A stretch of DNA of 64,000 nucleotides, from contig JAADHF010000112.1 in assembly GCA_013151965.1 (NCBI GenBank), positions 29,668 through 93,667 of the forward strand. Direction: 5' to 3'. Origin of the DNA: Spirochaetota bacterium (GTDB lineage: Bacteria; Spirochaetota; Spirochaetia; SZUA-6). The notes beneath the pieces were generated by a model. It ran no database searches, was not told where the DNA came from, and worked only from the letters and a program-made list of their open reading frames with translations. Position 1 is the stretch's first letter; each line of letters opens with the position of its first letter. Position numbers and translations under genes: made by a program. Below are positions 1 through 10,134 of this stretch, one piece after another.

Positions 1-249
1 TTAAAATGGTTTCTTGCCGATATGAGCGGTTTACAGATGTCCGCTTTAAAAAACAGGATAATCTTTATCGGGGATTCACCCAATGATGAGCCTATGTTTA
101 AAGAACTTCCATATACGGTAGCAGTTGCTAATATCAAGAAATTTCTTGAAGACCTTGAATTTCTGCCCGGATATATTACAACAAACCCGTCGGGCAGAGG
201 GTTCGAGGAAACAGTGGATATAATTCTTAAGAAAAGACACACCGAATAA
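1..249 (+). CDS. HAD-superfamily hydrolase (Cof/sucrose-phosphatase-like), C-terminal fragment. The gene starts upstream of the window.
   Basis: The translation contains HAD motif IV, IFIGDSPNDEPMF (GDxxNDxxM). The ORF is open to the window edge, so the annotated M at 22 is probably internal. Confidence 0.55.
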   Translation, partial: LKWFLADMSGLQMSALKNRIIFIGDSPNDEPMFKELPYTVAVANIKKFLEDLEFLPGYITTNPSGRGFEETVDIILKKRHTE

Positions 250-253
250 TTTT

Positions 254-1162
254 CTATAGCTGTTCCATATTAAGCTCCAGGGTTTTAGAAACAGTTCTAA
301 AACCGAAACTTTCAAAAATAGATATAGACTCAAACAGGCTATCGGGAAGCGCGATATCTATAAGGTTGATATTCTCCTTAAGTGTAAAGTCGACAAGGTG
401 TTTAAGTAATGCCTTTGCAATTCCAAGCCCGCGATACTCTTCTATTACATACAGCTGCACAATAAGGAAATACTGTGTATTAATGACGGTCTTTTTTTTC
501 TTAATAACCCATATAAACCCGGCGGTTTCATCGGAAGGAGTCTGCGCTGTAAATACTATGGAACTCTTATCATCTATATCCGGAAGATTTGATATTCTTT
601 TATTGTACAGTTTTTCGGCAACTTCCGGTTCGAAACCTTTATACCATCCGAATACGGCTTTCCTGTCAAGCTCCGCAATAATGGCAGGATTATTATTATG
701 CCACCTTGTAAAAACAAAATCACTCAATACGAGATCTTCCGTTTCCGCGGCAGGGATTTGAATTTTCTTTAAACCCTGAATTTCACGATTTGTATTATAC
801 CATTCATAGATTATTCTTTTTAACTCCCTTTCTTTATATAAAAACCATTTTCGTTCAAGTACCGCATTCCCTTTAAGACTGTTTTTGAAATTCCTGAACA
901 CCTTTCGTCCCGATGCAATAGCGTCCAGAAGCTGCTGCCTGTAGATAGGATTATGAAGTCCTGAAATAAAACTCTCCATTAACCTGTAGCCGTCCACAGG
1001 CCTCCATTCGGGAATTTCGATATACTTTTCATCTTTAAGACTTTCATCATCATCTCTTACCTCTGCCAGGCCGCCTGTATCCGGATTTACCACAAAGCTG
1101 TTCTCCTGGTCCTCCATGGCAAAGATGATTTGATCTATTATTTCCGGTGTTAATTTAAACAT
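254..1162 (-). CDS. GNAT-family N-acetyltransferase with an N-terminal UPF0158-like domain
   Basis: The C-terminal 130 aa carry the GNAT acetyl-CoA-binding motif (YVIEEYRGLGIAKALL). The N-terminal ~170 aa (IPEWRP..GYRLME) resemble the UPF0158 family. Confidence 0.6.
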   Translation of the reverse strand: MFKLTPEIIDQIIFAMEDQENSFVVNPDTGGLAEVRDDDESLKDEKYIEIPEWRPVDGYRLMESFISGLHNPIYRQQLLDAIASGRKVFRNFKNSLKGNAVLERKWFLYKERELKRIIYEWYNTNREIQGLKKIQIPAAETEDLVLSDFVFTRWHNNNPAIIAELDRKAVFGWYKGFEPEVAEKLYNKRISNLPDIDDKSSIVFTAQTPSDETAGFIWVIKKKKTVINTQYFLIVQLYVIEEYRGLGIAKALLKHLVDFTLKENINLIDIALPDSLFESISIFESFGFRTVSKTLELNMEQL

Positions 1163-1170
1163 CTTTTAAA

Positions 1171-2871
1171 CTAAACATCCTTTTGCTGTTTATTAAAAAG
1201 TGCGGAAATTTCTTCCGTAATTTTTTCTTTCGGAATAAGCCGGGTAAACCCCGTCTTTCTGTCGCTGATTTCAATAACACCCCTGTTCAGATTACGTGAT
1301 GACACCACAACTCTTACGGGAATACCGAGCAGATCAGAGTCCTTTAATTTTACTCCCGGAGATTCGCTGCGGTCGTCGAACAGTGTAACAGCTTCCATCT
1401 TTTTATATATATCCTCGGCAGTCTTTTTTACAGTATTCGACTTTCCGATAGTGATAAGATACATCTGATACGGCGAAACAGCATAAGGCCATACGATCCC
1501 CCTTTCGTCATGGTTAGATTCCACAATTGCAGAGAGCAGTCTGCCTATTCCGATACCGTAGCATCCGATATGTGCATAACCTTTTTTTCCATTATCATCC
1601 TGAAAATGCAGATTAAGAGCTTTTGAGTAGCCGTCACCAAGCTTAAAGATATGTCCGATCTCTACGGCTTTTATTTCCTTAAGCTCACACCCGCACTGCA
1701 GGCATACATCCGCATCCCCGGGCAAAGAGATATCGGCGATATTATCCGCAGTATAATCTCTCCCGTAATTGATATTCTTAAGGTGATAATCCTTTTCATT
1801 TGCTCCGTATACAAGGTTCGATGATTTAACAATAGTGTCATCCGTAACAACCTCTACGGACCCCTTTATTCCCAGGGGAGATAAAAATCCGGGAACAAGG
1901 CCGGCACTATGAAGCTCATCATCGGACGCCAGTCTAAACACGGGAGCTTCGATAGACCGTGAAAGTTTCTCCTCGCTGATTTCGTAATCACCCCGCACTA
2001 CAGCCATTACAAGCCCTTTTCCTGTATGATAAACAATACTCTTGGCACATCTATCCTTTGTAATTCCCAGATAGCCGGCCAGTTCATCTATTGTAATACG
2101 ATCCGGAGTATATACCTTTTCAGTTTTCAGAAGTTTTTCCGTATGATAATCCCTGCCCGTAGTTGCAATGTTTCTGTTCGCCAGGTAATGACATTTTTCA
2201 CAACTTATGATGGTATCATCACCGGTTTCCAGAGGCATCAGAAATTCATACGATTTTTTGCCGCCTATAAAACCTACACCTGCTTCCGCTGTAATAATTT
2301 TGATTCCGCACTTCTTAAAAATTCTTTTATATGATGCAAATATTTTAGGGAAAAAATCGTTAAGGCTGTAAAAGGATCTGTGAAATGAATATGCATCCTT
2401 CATTAGGAATTCTTTTGCCCGCATCAATCCCCCTCTGGGCTTTTCTTCATCACGAAATTTTATCTGAAATTCGTAGAGAAGCAGCGGAAGCTCCCTGTAG
2501 CTTAACAAACTTCCCTTAACAAGTTCTATCATCGCCTCCTCGTGAGTGGGGGCAATAACAAGCTCATGATTGTTGCGGTCTTTAAAACGTATCATCTCCT
2601 TATGAATCCATTCATACCTTCCGCTCTTCTTCCATATTTCCGCAGGATTAATAAGCGGCACCAGCACTTCCTGTCCTCCGAGCCGGTCCATTTCTTTTCG
2701 TATTATTCCTTTTATCCTCTCAATAGTTTTTATTCCCAGAGGAAGGTACGAAAAAAGCCCCTGCCCAAGCGGGCGTATATACCCGCCCTGTATTAACAGT
2801 GCCGAAGATGCGAATTTTACCTCATGAGGAGGTTCCCGCAATGTTTTGCCATGTACAGCCGAATACCTCAT
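1171..2871 (-). CDS. proS: Proline--tRNA ligase (bacterial type, with inserted editing domain)
   Basis: 566 aa. Class II aaRS motifs are present (FRDEEKPRGGLMRAKEF, KDAYSF). It is the typical bacterial ProRS length, including an INS domain. Confidence 0.9.
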   Translation of the reverse strand: MRYSAVHGKTLREPPHEVKFASSALLIQGGYIRPLGQGLFSYLPLGIKTIERIKGIIRKEMDRLGGQEVLVPLINPAEIWKKSGRYEWIHKEMIRFKDRNNHELVIAPTHEEAMIELVKGSLLSYRELPLLLYEFQIKFRDEEKPRGGLMRAKEFLMKDAYSFHRSFYSLNDFFPKIFASYKRIFKKCGIKIITAEAGVGFIGGKKSYEFLMPLETGDDTIISCEKCHYLANRNIATTGRDYHTEKLLKTEKVYTPDRITIDELAGYLGITKDRCAKSIVYHTGKGLVMAVVRGDYEISEEKLSRSIEAPVFRLASDDELHSAGLVPGFLSPLGIKGSVEVVTDDTIVKSSNLVYGANEKDYHLKNINYGRDYTADNIADISLPGDADVCLQCGCELKEIKAVEIGHIFKLGDGYSKALNLHFQDDNGKKGYAHIGCYGIGIGRLLSAIVESNHDERGIVWPYAVSPYQMYLITIGKSNTVKKTAEDIYKKMEAVTLFDDRSESPGVKLKDSDLLGIPVRVVVSSRNLNRGVIEISDRKTGFTRLIPKEKITEEISALFNKQQKDV

Positions 2872-2944
2872 GAATAGTATTTTATGCTTTTTTCCTTCCC
2901 TGGGTCAAGAAATCCGAAGATTTAAATATTTTTAACGCCTTAAC

Positions 2945-4304
<1,360 letters not shown>

Positions 4305-4325
4305 TGACAAATCGGAAAATCATAA

Positions 4326-4355
4326 AGCCGGCACATTAACTGCCGGCTTTTTTTA
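4326..4355. terminator. Bidirectional rho-independent terminator between convergent eno and acyP
   Basis: 8-bp perfect stem AGCCGGCA / TGCCGGCT with a 7-nt loop, followed by T7 on the + strand and A-rich on the - strand. Confidence 0.6.
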
Positions 4356-4634
4356 ATACTGTACGGTGAAACCCCTGTATAATCCGCTGTACGTGCTGTT
4401 CTGTACCTTAACTTCCCTGACAAAAGCGCCGGGAGGGCCTTTTTTTAGCCATTCTATCAGCCTGGTACAGTTCTCCGGACTCCCCTCTGCCACAACTTCC
4501 ACCGAACCATCCGGCATGTTTCTTACATACCCCGAAATTTTCAGCCTCCTTGCCATGTACACAGCGGAAAACCTGAAACCGACCCCCTGTACGGTACCGT
4601 AAACATGAGCTATAAAGGCTTTGTTCTTAGACAA
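4353..4634 (-). CDS. acyP: Acylphosphatase
   Basis: 93 aa. The acylphosphatase signature VQGVGFR and the C-terminal GxVxN..G.V motifs are present. Confidence 0.85.
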   Translation of the reverse strand: MSKNKAFIAHVYGTVQGVGFRFSAVYMARRLKISGYVRNMPDGSVEVVAEGSPENCTRLIEWLKKGPPGAFVREVKVQNSTYSGLYRGFTVQY

Positions 4635-4638
4635 TTAA

Positions 4639-5010
4639 CTAATCCTGTTCGTTTTGTTCCGCCTGCAGAGACTCCGCGATAAGTTTTTCAAGTTCTGTGT
4701 AGTCGAACGGTTTGTACAGTACCGGAAACGGAATCAGAAAATCCGATTTTAAAAAGCCGCTTGTAATGATAATTTTCTTATCACCGAGATAACGTTTTAA
4801 AAACCTTACCCAATAATCTCCGCCTAATATATCCATTCGATAATCCGTTACGATAATGTCTATTGTATGATCAAGGAGATGTTTTATTGCACCGACTCCG
4901 TCGGAGGCGACAAACACCTCATATCCCTTACGCTTTAAAAAATCCCGCAGCGTCAGCCGGATCGAGTCTTCATCTTCGACAACCAGGACAGTACCTTTTT
5001 TATGCGCCAT
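4639..5010 (-). CDS. Single-domain response regulator (CheY-like receiver)
   Basis: VLVVEDED, phospho-acceptor D in IIVTDYRM, T in IIITSG, K in LYKPFD. There is no output domain. It overlaps the upstream gene by 11 nt (ATGGCGCATAA). Confidence 0.8.
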   Translation of the reverse strand: MAHKKGTVLVVEDEDSIRLTLRDFLKRKGYEVFVASDGVGAIKHLLDHTIDIIVTDYRMDILGGDYWVRFLKRYLGDKKIIITSGFLKSDFLIPFPVLYKPFDYTELEKLIAESLQAEQNEQD

Positions 5011-5623
5011 TTCCCCTTCTATACTTTAAAATCAAATCATTAATTTTTACTACAAGCACTTCCAGATCCAGCGGTTTGGTATATATCGCTTCCGCACCCT
5101 CTTTTAAAAGTGCTTTTCTCTCTTCCGGATTATCCAATCCCGTTATTCCTATTATAACAGGATTGCCAAGATCCGGATCGGATTTAATCTTTCTGCACAA
5201 TATATGTCCATCGATGCCCGGAAGATAGATATCGAGTATTATTATTCCCGGCTTCCACTCGGATATCATTCTGCCTGCTTCGTATCCGTCAAAGGCCTGC
5301 AGAATGGTAAATTCGGGCATTTTTCTCGACAAATACCGTTTAATAATATGATTTATATCCCTGTCATCATCTACAATGAGTACTCTCTGCCATTCTGCAA
5401 TTTCTTCCTCTCCTGCATCGATTTCTTCCGGAATCCGCATTCCCCTGGATTTTAAGAACTCGAGCAGATCCTCCTCATAAACCCGGTACTGGCCGCCGGG
5501 AGTCATAAATGCTTTTAAATAACCGCTTTTTATCCAATTGATAGCGGTCTGATTTACGACACCGCATATGTTGGCTACTTCCAGAGCAGAAAATATCCTT
5601 ATCTTCTTTTCATTTTTGGCCAT
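5000..5623 (-). CDS. Atypical response regulator: N-terminal excisionase/MerR-type HTH (HTH_17-like) fused to a C-terminal REC domain
   Basis: The N-terminus ALEVANICGVVNQTAINWIKSGYLKAFMTPGGQYRVYEEDLLEFL matches the excisionase-family HTH pattern. The C-terminal REC has DDD, D in IILDIYLPG, T in GITG and K in YTKP. Confidence 0.75.
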   Translation of the reverse strand: MAKNEKKIRIFSALEVANICGVVNQTAINWIKSGYLKAFMTPGGQYRVYEEDLLEFLKSRGMRIPEEIDAGEEEIAEWQRVLIVDDDRDINHIIKRYLSRKMPEFTILQAFDGYEAGRMISEWKPGIIILDIYLPGIDGHILCRKIKSDPDLGNPVIIGITGLDNPEERKALLKEGAEAIYTKPLDLEVLVVKINDLILKYRRGNGA

Positions 5624-5630
5624 ATACCCT

Positions 5631-5646
5631 ATCCTTCTGTAAGGAT
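5631..5646. promoter_or_regulatory. Perfect 6-bp inverted repeat ATCCTT-ctgt-AAGGAT. It overlaps the presumptive SD of the HTH-REC gene and may act as an operator or an SD-sequestering hairpin.
   Basis: Palindrome read directly from the sequence. On the minus-strand mRNA it reads AUCCUU-acag-AAGGAU, where AAGGAU lies about 10 nt upstream of the AUG. Confidence 0.3.
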
Positions 5647-5683
5647 ATTTTTAAGAGTTTATTTCTCTATATTCTTTAGTATA

Positions 5684-6370
5684 GTGATTATGTCCAGTAT
5701 GTCAATGTCAGATTTTCATAAAGCTGTTTGCGATTACCGTTTTCTCCTGGAGCGGGGATACCCGGGAAAAGCTTCGCTGAAACTTATAGGGGACAGGTAC
5801 CGGCTGTCTAAAATCCGGAGAAACTGCCTTTTCCGCGGTGTTGTAGATTCCGGAACGGCCTTTAGCAGGAAAAGAAAAATAGTGCCCCTGAAAAAAGCCG
5901 AAGCTGTTGCTGTCGGTGTTGACTGGTATAATACACTGATTACCGTAGAGAGCTATTTAAAAGGCTGCACTCTCTTTATAGCAGATGATGGTATTGTAAG
6001 GGATTCGGCAGGAATACACGGAAGCTACAGAGAAAGCAGGGTCACTGAAAAAGCGGTAAATGAGATTATTAAACATCTGGTAAATTTAAAACCGGACAGG
6101 CTGGATATCTTTATCGATTCTCCTGTTTCATATTCCGGAGTCATGGGAGAAAAGATCCGCAGCAAACTGGAAAACGCCGTTAAAGGGAAATACAGTGTGC
6201 AGCTTGTTCCCTCTGCGGATTACCCTCTTAAAAGATATAGAGGTATTGTAGCATCTTCCGATTCGGTTATCCTGGATTCCGCTGCTGCCGTAATCGACCT
6301 TCCCAGGTTCATACTGGAATACTGTTTTAATTACATTCCGCCTGCAGTTGAAAACCTCAATCTTCCATAA
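5684..6370 (+). CDS. Hypothetical protein, DUF434-like N-terminus plus a NYN/PIN-like (DUF5616-like) C-terminal region
   Basis: The N-terminus FHKAVCDYRFLLERGYPGKASLKLIGDRYRL resembles DUF434. VGVDWYNTL, IADDG and FIDSP resemble NYN/PIN-type acidic motifs. The start codon is uncertain because there are several in-frame ATGs. Confidence 0.45.
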   Translation: MIMSSMSMSDFHKAVCDYRFLLERGYPGKASLKLIGDRYRLSKIRRNCLFRGVVDSGTAFSRKRKIVPLKKAEAVAVGVDWYNTLITVESYLKGCTLFIADDGIVRDSAGIHGSYRESRVTEKAVNEIIKHLVNLKPDRLDIFIDSPVSYSGVMGEKIRSKLENAVKGKYSVQLVPSADYPLKRYRGIVASSDSVILDSAAAVIDLPRFILEYCFNYIPPAVENLNLP

Positions 6371-7001
6371 CGGTATTGATGATTTCATAACTGAAACCTT
6401 TCCGGTACAGTTTTGAAAATAAAATCTGCCTGTTAAGTTTTTTCTTTTCTGTAAGCTTAGTAAGCTTATTAAGAACCGTACGTGCGCATTCAAGTTCCAT
6501 CTGACGGCTGCATAATTCATTTACTGTCGATTCCGCCAGAGCCCTCTCCACACCTTTCTGCATAAGGTGGGAAATCAATGCAAGTCTTCCTTCCGGATGT
6601 CTTGTAATTCTTGATGCAAGCCAGGTTTCGGCGAATTTTGCATCATCTATGTAGCCCAATTCCTCCACCCTTTTAAGTGCCTTATCAATAATATCCTCAC
6701 TAAAGCCTCTCTGCATAAGCTTAAGCTTTAGCCCTTTCCGGGTATGCATCGAATGCGACAGAAGGTTTAGTGCCTTTCTTTCCGCTTCCAGTGTTTTAGA
6801 CTGCTCTTCCAGAACCGGCAGAGTTTTACGCTCTACCTCATCACCTTTAAAAATCCCGGCTTTTAAAAGAATATCTTTCAGTAAAAAAAGAGAAGAGCCG
6901 TCGGAAAATCCAACTCTATAGAATCCCCCCGCTGCGCCTCTCTTCTGCACGGAAATGACGGTTAAATTACCTCTTGGAGAACTGGAATTTTCTTCTTGCA
7001 C
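6357..7001 (-). CDS. recX: RecX-family regulatory protein
   Basis: The 214-aa helical-repeat protein matches the RecX pattern ([20 protein letters not shown]). The annotated ATG overlaps the rpsI 3' end by 35 nt, and an in-frame GTG at about 6950 could be the real start. Confidence 0.7.
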   Translation of the reverse strand: MQEENSSSPRGNLTVISVQKRGAAGGFYRVGFSDGSSLFLLKDILLKAGIFKGDEVERKTLPVLEEQSKTLEAERKALNLLSHSMHTRKGLKLKLMQRGFSEDIIDKALKRVEELGYIDDAKFAETWLASRITRHPEGRLALISHLMQKGVERALAESTVNELCSRQMELECARTVLNKLTKLTEKKKLNRQILFSKLYRKGFSYEIINTVMED

Positions 7002-7359
7002 CCCGTTGTCCGTATTTTTTCCTCTCCACCATACGGGAATCTCTGGTTAAAAAACCATTCGCCTTTAAGACCGGTCTATTGGCTTCGCTGTATGCAAGCA
7101 ATGCCCGCGCTATGCCATGCCGGCATGCTCCGGCCTGCCCGGAAAGCCCGCCTCCTTTTAAATTTATAAGAATATCAAATTTATCCAGAAAATCGGTTAC
7201 AACAAGAGGTTGTTTAACATATATTTGATATTCCTCTATCGGGAAATAAGTTTCGAATTTCCTGTGATTAACAGTTATCCTGCCCGAACCTTCTCTTAAA
7301 TATACTCTTGCAACAGCAGTTTTCCTTCTGCCTACTACAACTACCAGATTTTTAACCAC
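6967..7359 (-). CDS. rpsI: 30S ribosomal protein S9
   Basis: [20 protein letters not shown] and the C-terminal RRKFQFSKR identify S9. Confidence 0.92.
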   Translation of the reverse strand: MVKNLVVVVGRRKTAVARVYLREGSGRITVNHRKFETYFPIEEYQIYVKQPLVVTDFLDKFDILINLKGGGLSGQAGACRHGIARALLAYSEANRPVLKANGFLTRDSRMVERKKYGQRGARRKFQFSKR

Positions 7360-7374
7360 TCTTTTCTCCTATTC

Positions 7375-7812
7375 CTACTTAGTTTTAATCTCCGCTTTAA
7401 CCGGTTTCTGCGATTCATGCGGATGTTCGGGACCTGCATATATCTTTAAATTTGTAAATAATTTTCTGCCGAGTCTTCCATTCGGGAGCATTCCCTTAAC
7501 GGCATGTTCGAGGGGAAATGTCGGTTTTTGTGCCATTATTTTACTATAATTTACCGCTTTAAGCCCCCCGGGATAGCCCGAATGCCTGTAATACATTTTC
7601 TGCTGAGCCTTTCTCCCCGTTACAACGATCTTGCTGGCATTTACCACTACAACATAATCGCCTACCTCCATATTCGGGGTAAAAATGGGCTTATGCTTCC
7701 CGCGAAGTAAATCGACTATTCTAACCGCGAGTTTACCCAGAACAATACCTTCGGCATCTATGATGTACCACTTTCTTTGAATATCTTTTGGTTTTAAAAA
7801 AATTGTTTTCAT
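7375..7812 (-). CDS. rplM: 50S ribosomal protein L13
   Basis: [15 protein letters not shown] identifies L13. It is in the classic rplM-rpsI order. Confidence 0.92.
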   Translation of the reverse strand: MKTIFLKPKDIQRKWYIIDAEGIVLGKLAVRIVDLLRGKHKPIFTPNMEVGDYVVVVNASKIVVTGRKAQQKMYYRHSGYPGGLKAVNYSKIMAQKPTFPLEHAVKGMLPNGRLGRKLFTNLKIYAGPEHPHESQKPVKAEIKTK

Positions 7813-7877
7813 ATTACTACCTTAACGTATAACTATATTCTTTCGTTTTGTTCTTTTAACAGATAAAACCGGTGTTG

Positions 7878-8132
7878 TCAAGCATCCGGTTTTTCTTCCG
7901 CAGACTTATCTTCCGTTTCATCTTCCAGTTCCTCGTTTTTTGCCTCTATTTTATCTTTAATATCAGCTATTCCCACAAAAAACGAAATTGCGCCTATAAA
8001 CAGAGCAAAAATAGGTACCCCGCCTTTTACAAATTCCAGAACATTATTCCACCAGTTCAAAGCCCAGGGAAAAGGAAGCACCGAATATACGGCAAATAAA
8101 ACAAGTAAAATACCTAACAAAAGAGCAATCAT
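7878..8132 (-). CDS. Small membrane protein (two TM helices, acidic C-terminal tail)
   Basis: Hydrophobic N-terminal 60 aa and a D/E-rich tail. It is co-directional with rplM. No homology call is possible. Confidence 0.4.
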   Translation of the reverse strand: MIALLLGILLVLFAVYSVLPFPWALNWWNNVLEFVKGGVPIFALFIGAISFFVGIADIKDKIEAKNEELEDETEDKSAEEKPDA

Positions 8133-8308
8133 TTAGAACCTCCAATAGACCTTTTTACGACTACTACCCGTACTTACTGCAAAGATAGTAATTTTTATAA
8201 AACTGTCAAGCCTAATTTTTAAAGGCATACAATAATCCTTGACCTTTGTTTATTTTAATACCATATTTATTTTTATACAACAATAGCTTTGTTTAAGGAG
8301 GTAGTATC

Positions 8309-9013
8309 ATGTCCGACAGGAACCCTGTAAGTCTTTCCATAAAGGCGGTAAGGGAAAGGACCGTTCTTCGAAATGTTTATCTATGGATGGCTATCGGCCT
8401 TGCATTAACAGGGGTTGTAGCGCTCGGTTTTGCATCGACACCGCAGCTCGTATTAGCTCTCGTTAAAAACCCGATTCTCTTTTTCGGAATCATAATCGGT
8501 GAGCTTGCCCTTGTATTCTTCCTTTCCGCAAAAATAATGACATTAAGCCCCACTGCGGCGACATTAGGATTTGCCGCTTATGCCGTATTAAACGGTGTTA
8601 CGCTCTCGCTTATTTTTCTGGCATACACAGGAGCAAGTATCGCGTCCAGTCTTTTCATCACAGCGGGAACCTTTGCCGGCATGAGCATCTATGCCGTAAC
8701 GACAAAAAGGGACCTCTCGTCTTTGGGCCATTACCTTATAATGGGATTATGGGGGATAATTATAGCTTCCGTAGTAAATATGTTCTTAAAGAGCAGCGCC
8801 TTGTACTGGCTTCTTTCCTACGGCGGAGTCGCCCTTTTCCTGGGCCTTACGGCATACGACACACAGATGATTAAACGCTGGAGTGACGAACTCGGCAATT
8901 CCCCTTCCGAAGCTGATTTCTTAAGAATTTCTATTCTCGGTGCCTTGAAACTTTATCTTGATTTTATTAATTTATTCCTGTTCATACTTCGCATCTTCGG
9001 GAGAAGAAGGTAA
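8309..9013 (+). CDS. Bax-inhibitor-1/YccA-family membrane protein
   Basis: Seven predicted TM helices, a basic C-terminus and the BI-1 pattern (GVTLSLIFLAYTG, LGALKLYLDFINLFLFIL). The RBS AAGGAGG precedes the ATG. Confidence 0.8.
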   Translation: MSDRNPVSLSIKAVRERTVLRNVYLWMAIGLALTGVVALGFASTPQLVLALVKNPILFFGIIIGELALVFFLSAKIMTLSPTAATLGFAAYAVLNGVTLSLIFLAYTGASIASSLFITAGTFAGMSIYAVTTKRDLSSLGHYLIMGLWGIIIASVVNMFLKSSALYWLLSYGGVALFLGLTAYDTQMIKRWSDELGNSPSEADFLRISILGALKLYLDFINLFLFILRIFGRRR

Positions 9014-9052
9014 TTTCCCCGAATAAAAATTAAATCGTAAGAGGAGTAAAAA

Positions 9053-9241
9053 ATGAAGGTAAAGATTGATGAAGATCTGTGTACGGCATGTGGTCTATGC
9101 ACAGACAGTGTTCCCGAGGTTTTCGAGCTGGGTGATGAATTTGCAACGGTTATAAAGCCCGAAGTTCCGCCGGAGCATGAGGATGCCGTACGTGATGCGG
9201 CTGCCGATTGCCCCGTAGAATCGATTATAATAGAAGAGTAA
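9053..9241 (+). CDS. Small 4Fe-4S ferredoxin (single cluster)
   Basis: 62 aa, with CTACGLC...DCP (Cx2Cx2C...CP), typical of short [4Fe-4S] ferredoxins. Confidence 0.8.
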   Translation: MKVKIDEDLCTACGLCTDSVPEVFELGDEFATVIKPEVPPEHEDAVRDAAADCPVESIIIEE

Positions 9242-9249
9242 GATAAAAA

Positions 9250-9277
9250 CCTGGCCTGTACCGGCCGGGTTTTTTAT
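9250..9277 (+). terminator. Rho-independent terminator after the ferredoxin gene
   Basis: Stem CCTGGCC / GGCCGGG (7 bp, one G-U wobble), loop TGTACC, then T7. Confidence 0.5.
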
Positions 9278-9326
9278 TGTTTTAATTTTCTAAAAAATCA
9301 ATACACTGGGAAAAAGGGGGCTTATT

Positions 9327-10118
9327 ATGGAAGTAATCTTAACTGAAGACTATAATGAAATGAGTAAAATATCTGCCGGTGAAATTGCCAGACAGGTCAG
9401 AAAAAAGCCTAATTCGGTTATAGGCCTTGCTACAGGCAGTACTCCGCTCGGCACCTATAAAGAGCTCATCCGGCTTCATAAAGAGGAAGGGCTCGATTTT
9501 TCCAAGGTAATTACATTTAACCTGGATGAGTATCTCGGCCTTCCTCCGGCTCATAAGGAAAGTTATAACTTTTTTATGTGGGAAAATCTTTTTAAGCATA
9601 TAAATATAAACCCGGAAAATGTACATGTTCCGCAGGGAATGGTAGAAGATGCAGAGGAATTCTGTGAGTGGTACGAGAAAGAAATAGAAAAGGCCGGCGG
9701 CATAGACCTGCAGCTTTTAGGCATCGGGAGTGACGGACATATAGCATTTAACGAACCGGGATCATCCTTCGGAAGCCGGACCAGGGTTAAAACTCTGGAA
9801 GAACAGACTATCGAGGATAATTCCAGATTCTTTAACAGTATCGACGAGGTGCCCCACTTCGCAATCACCATGGGAGTGGGAACAATATTAGAAGCACGAA
9901 AAATCGTACTGGCTGCTAATGGTAAAAACAAGGCCCAGGTATGTGCCCGGTTTATAGAAGGACCGATTGATTCACAGATTACAGCTTCCGCTCTCCAGCT
10001 TCATCCTCATGCGGTTATAGTTCTGGATGAAGCTGCAAGCTCACAGCTTAAACGTAAAAAATACTACAACTGGATCCGGGACAACAAACACATGGTAAAA
10101 AAATATTTAGGCAGGTAG
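9327..10118 (+). CDS. nagB: Glucosamine-6-phosphate deaminase (short canonical form)
   Basis: VIGLATGSTP, FNLDEY and LLGIGSDGHIAFNEP are the NagB catalytic motifs. Length is 263 aa. Confidence 0.9.
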   Translation: MEVILTEDYNEMSKISAGEIARQVRKKPNSVIGLATGSTPLGTYKELIRLHKEEGLDFSKVITFNLDEYLGLPPAHKESYNFFMWENLFKHININPENVHVPQGMVEDAEEFCEWYEKEIEKAGGIDLQLLGIGSDGHIAFNEPGSSFGSRTRVKTLEEQTIEDNSRFFNSIDEVPHFAITMGVGTILEARKIVLAANGKNKAQVCARFIEGPIDSQITASALQLHPHAVIVLDEAASSQLKRKKYYNWIRDNKHMVKKYLGR

Positions 10119-10134
10119 ATTATAACAGACCTGT

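Noticed and set aside
366-761. 131-aa plus-strand ORF
   Set aside because: It is antisense and internal to the GNAT gene, with no motifs.
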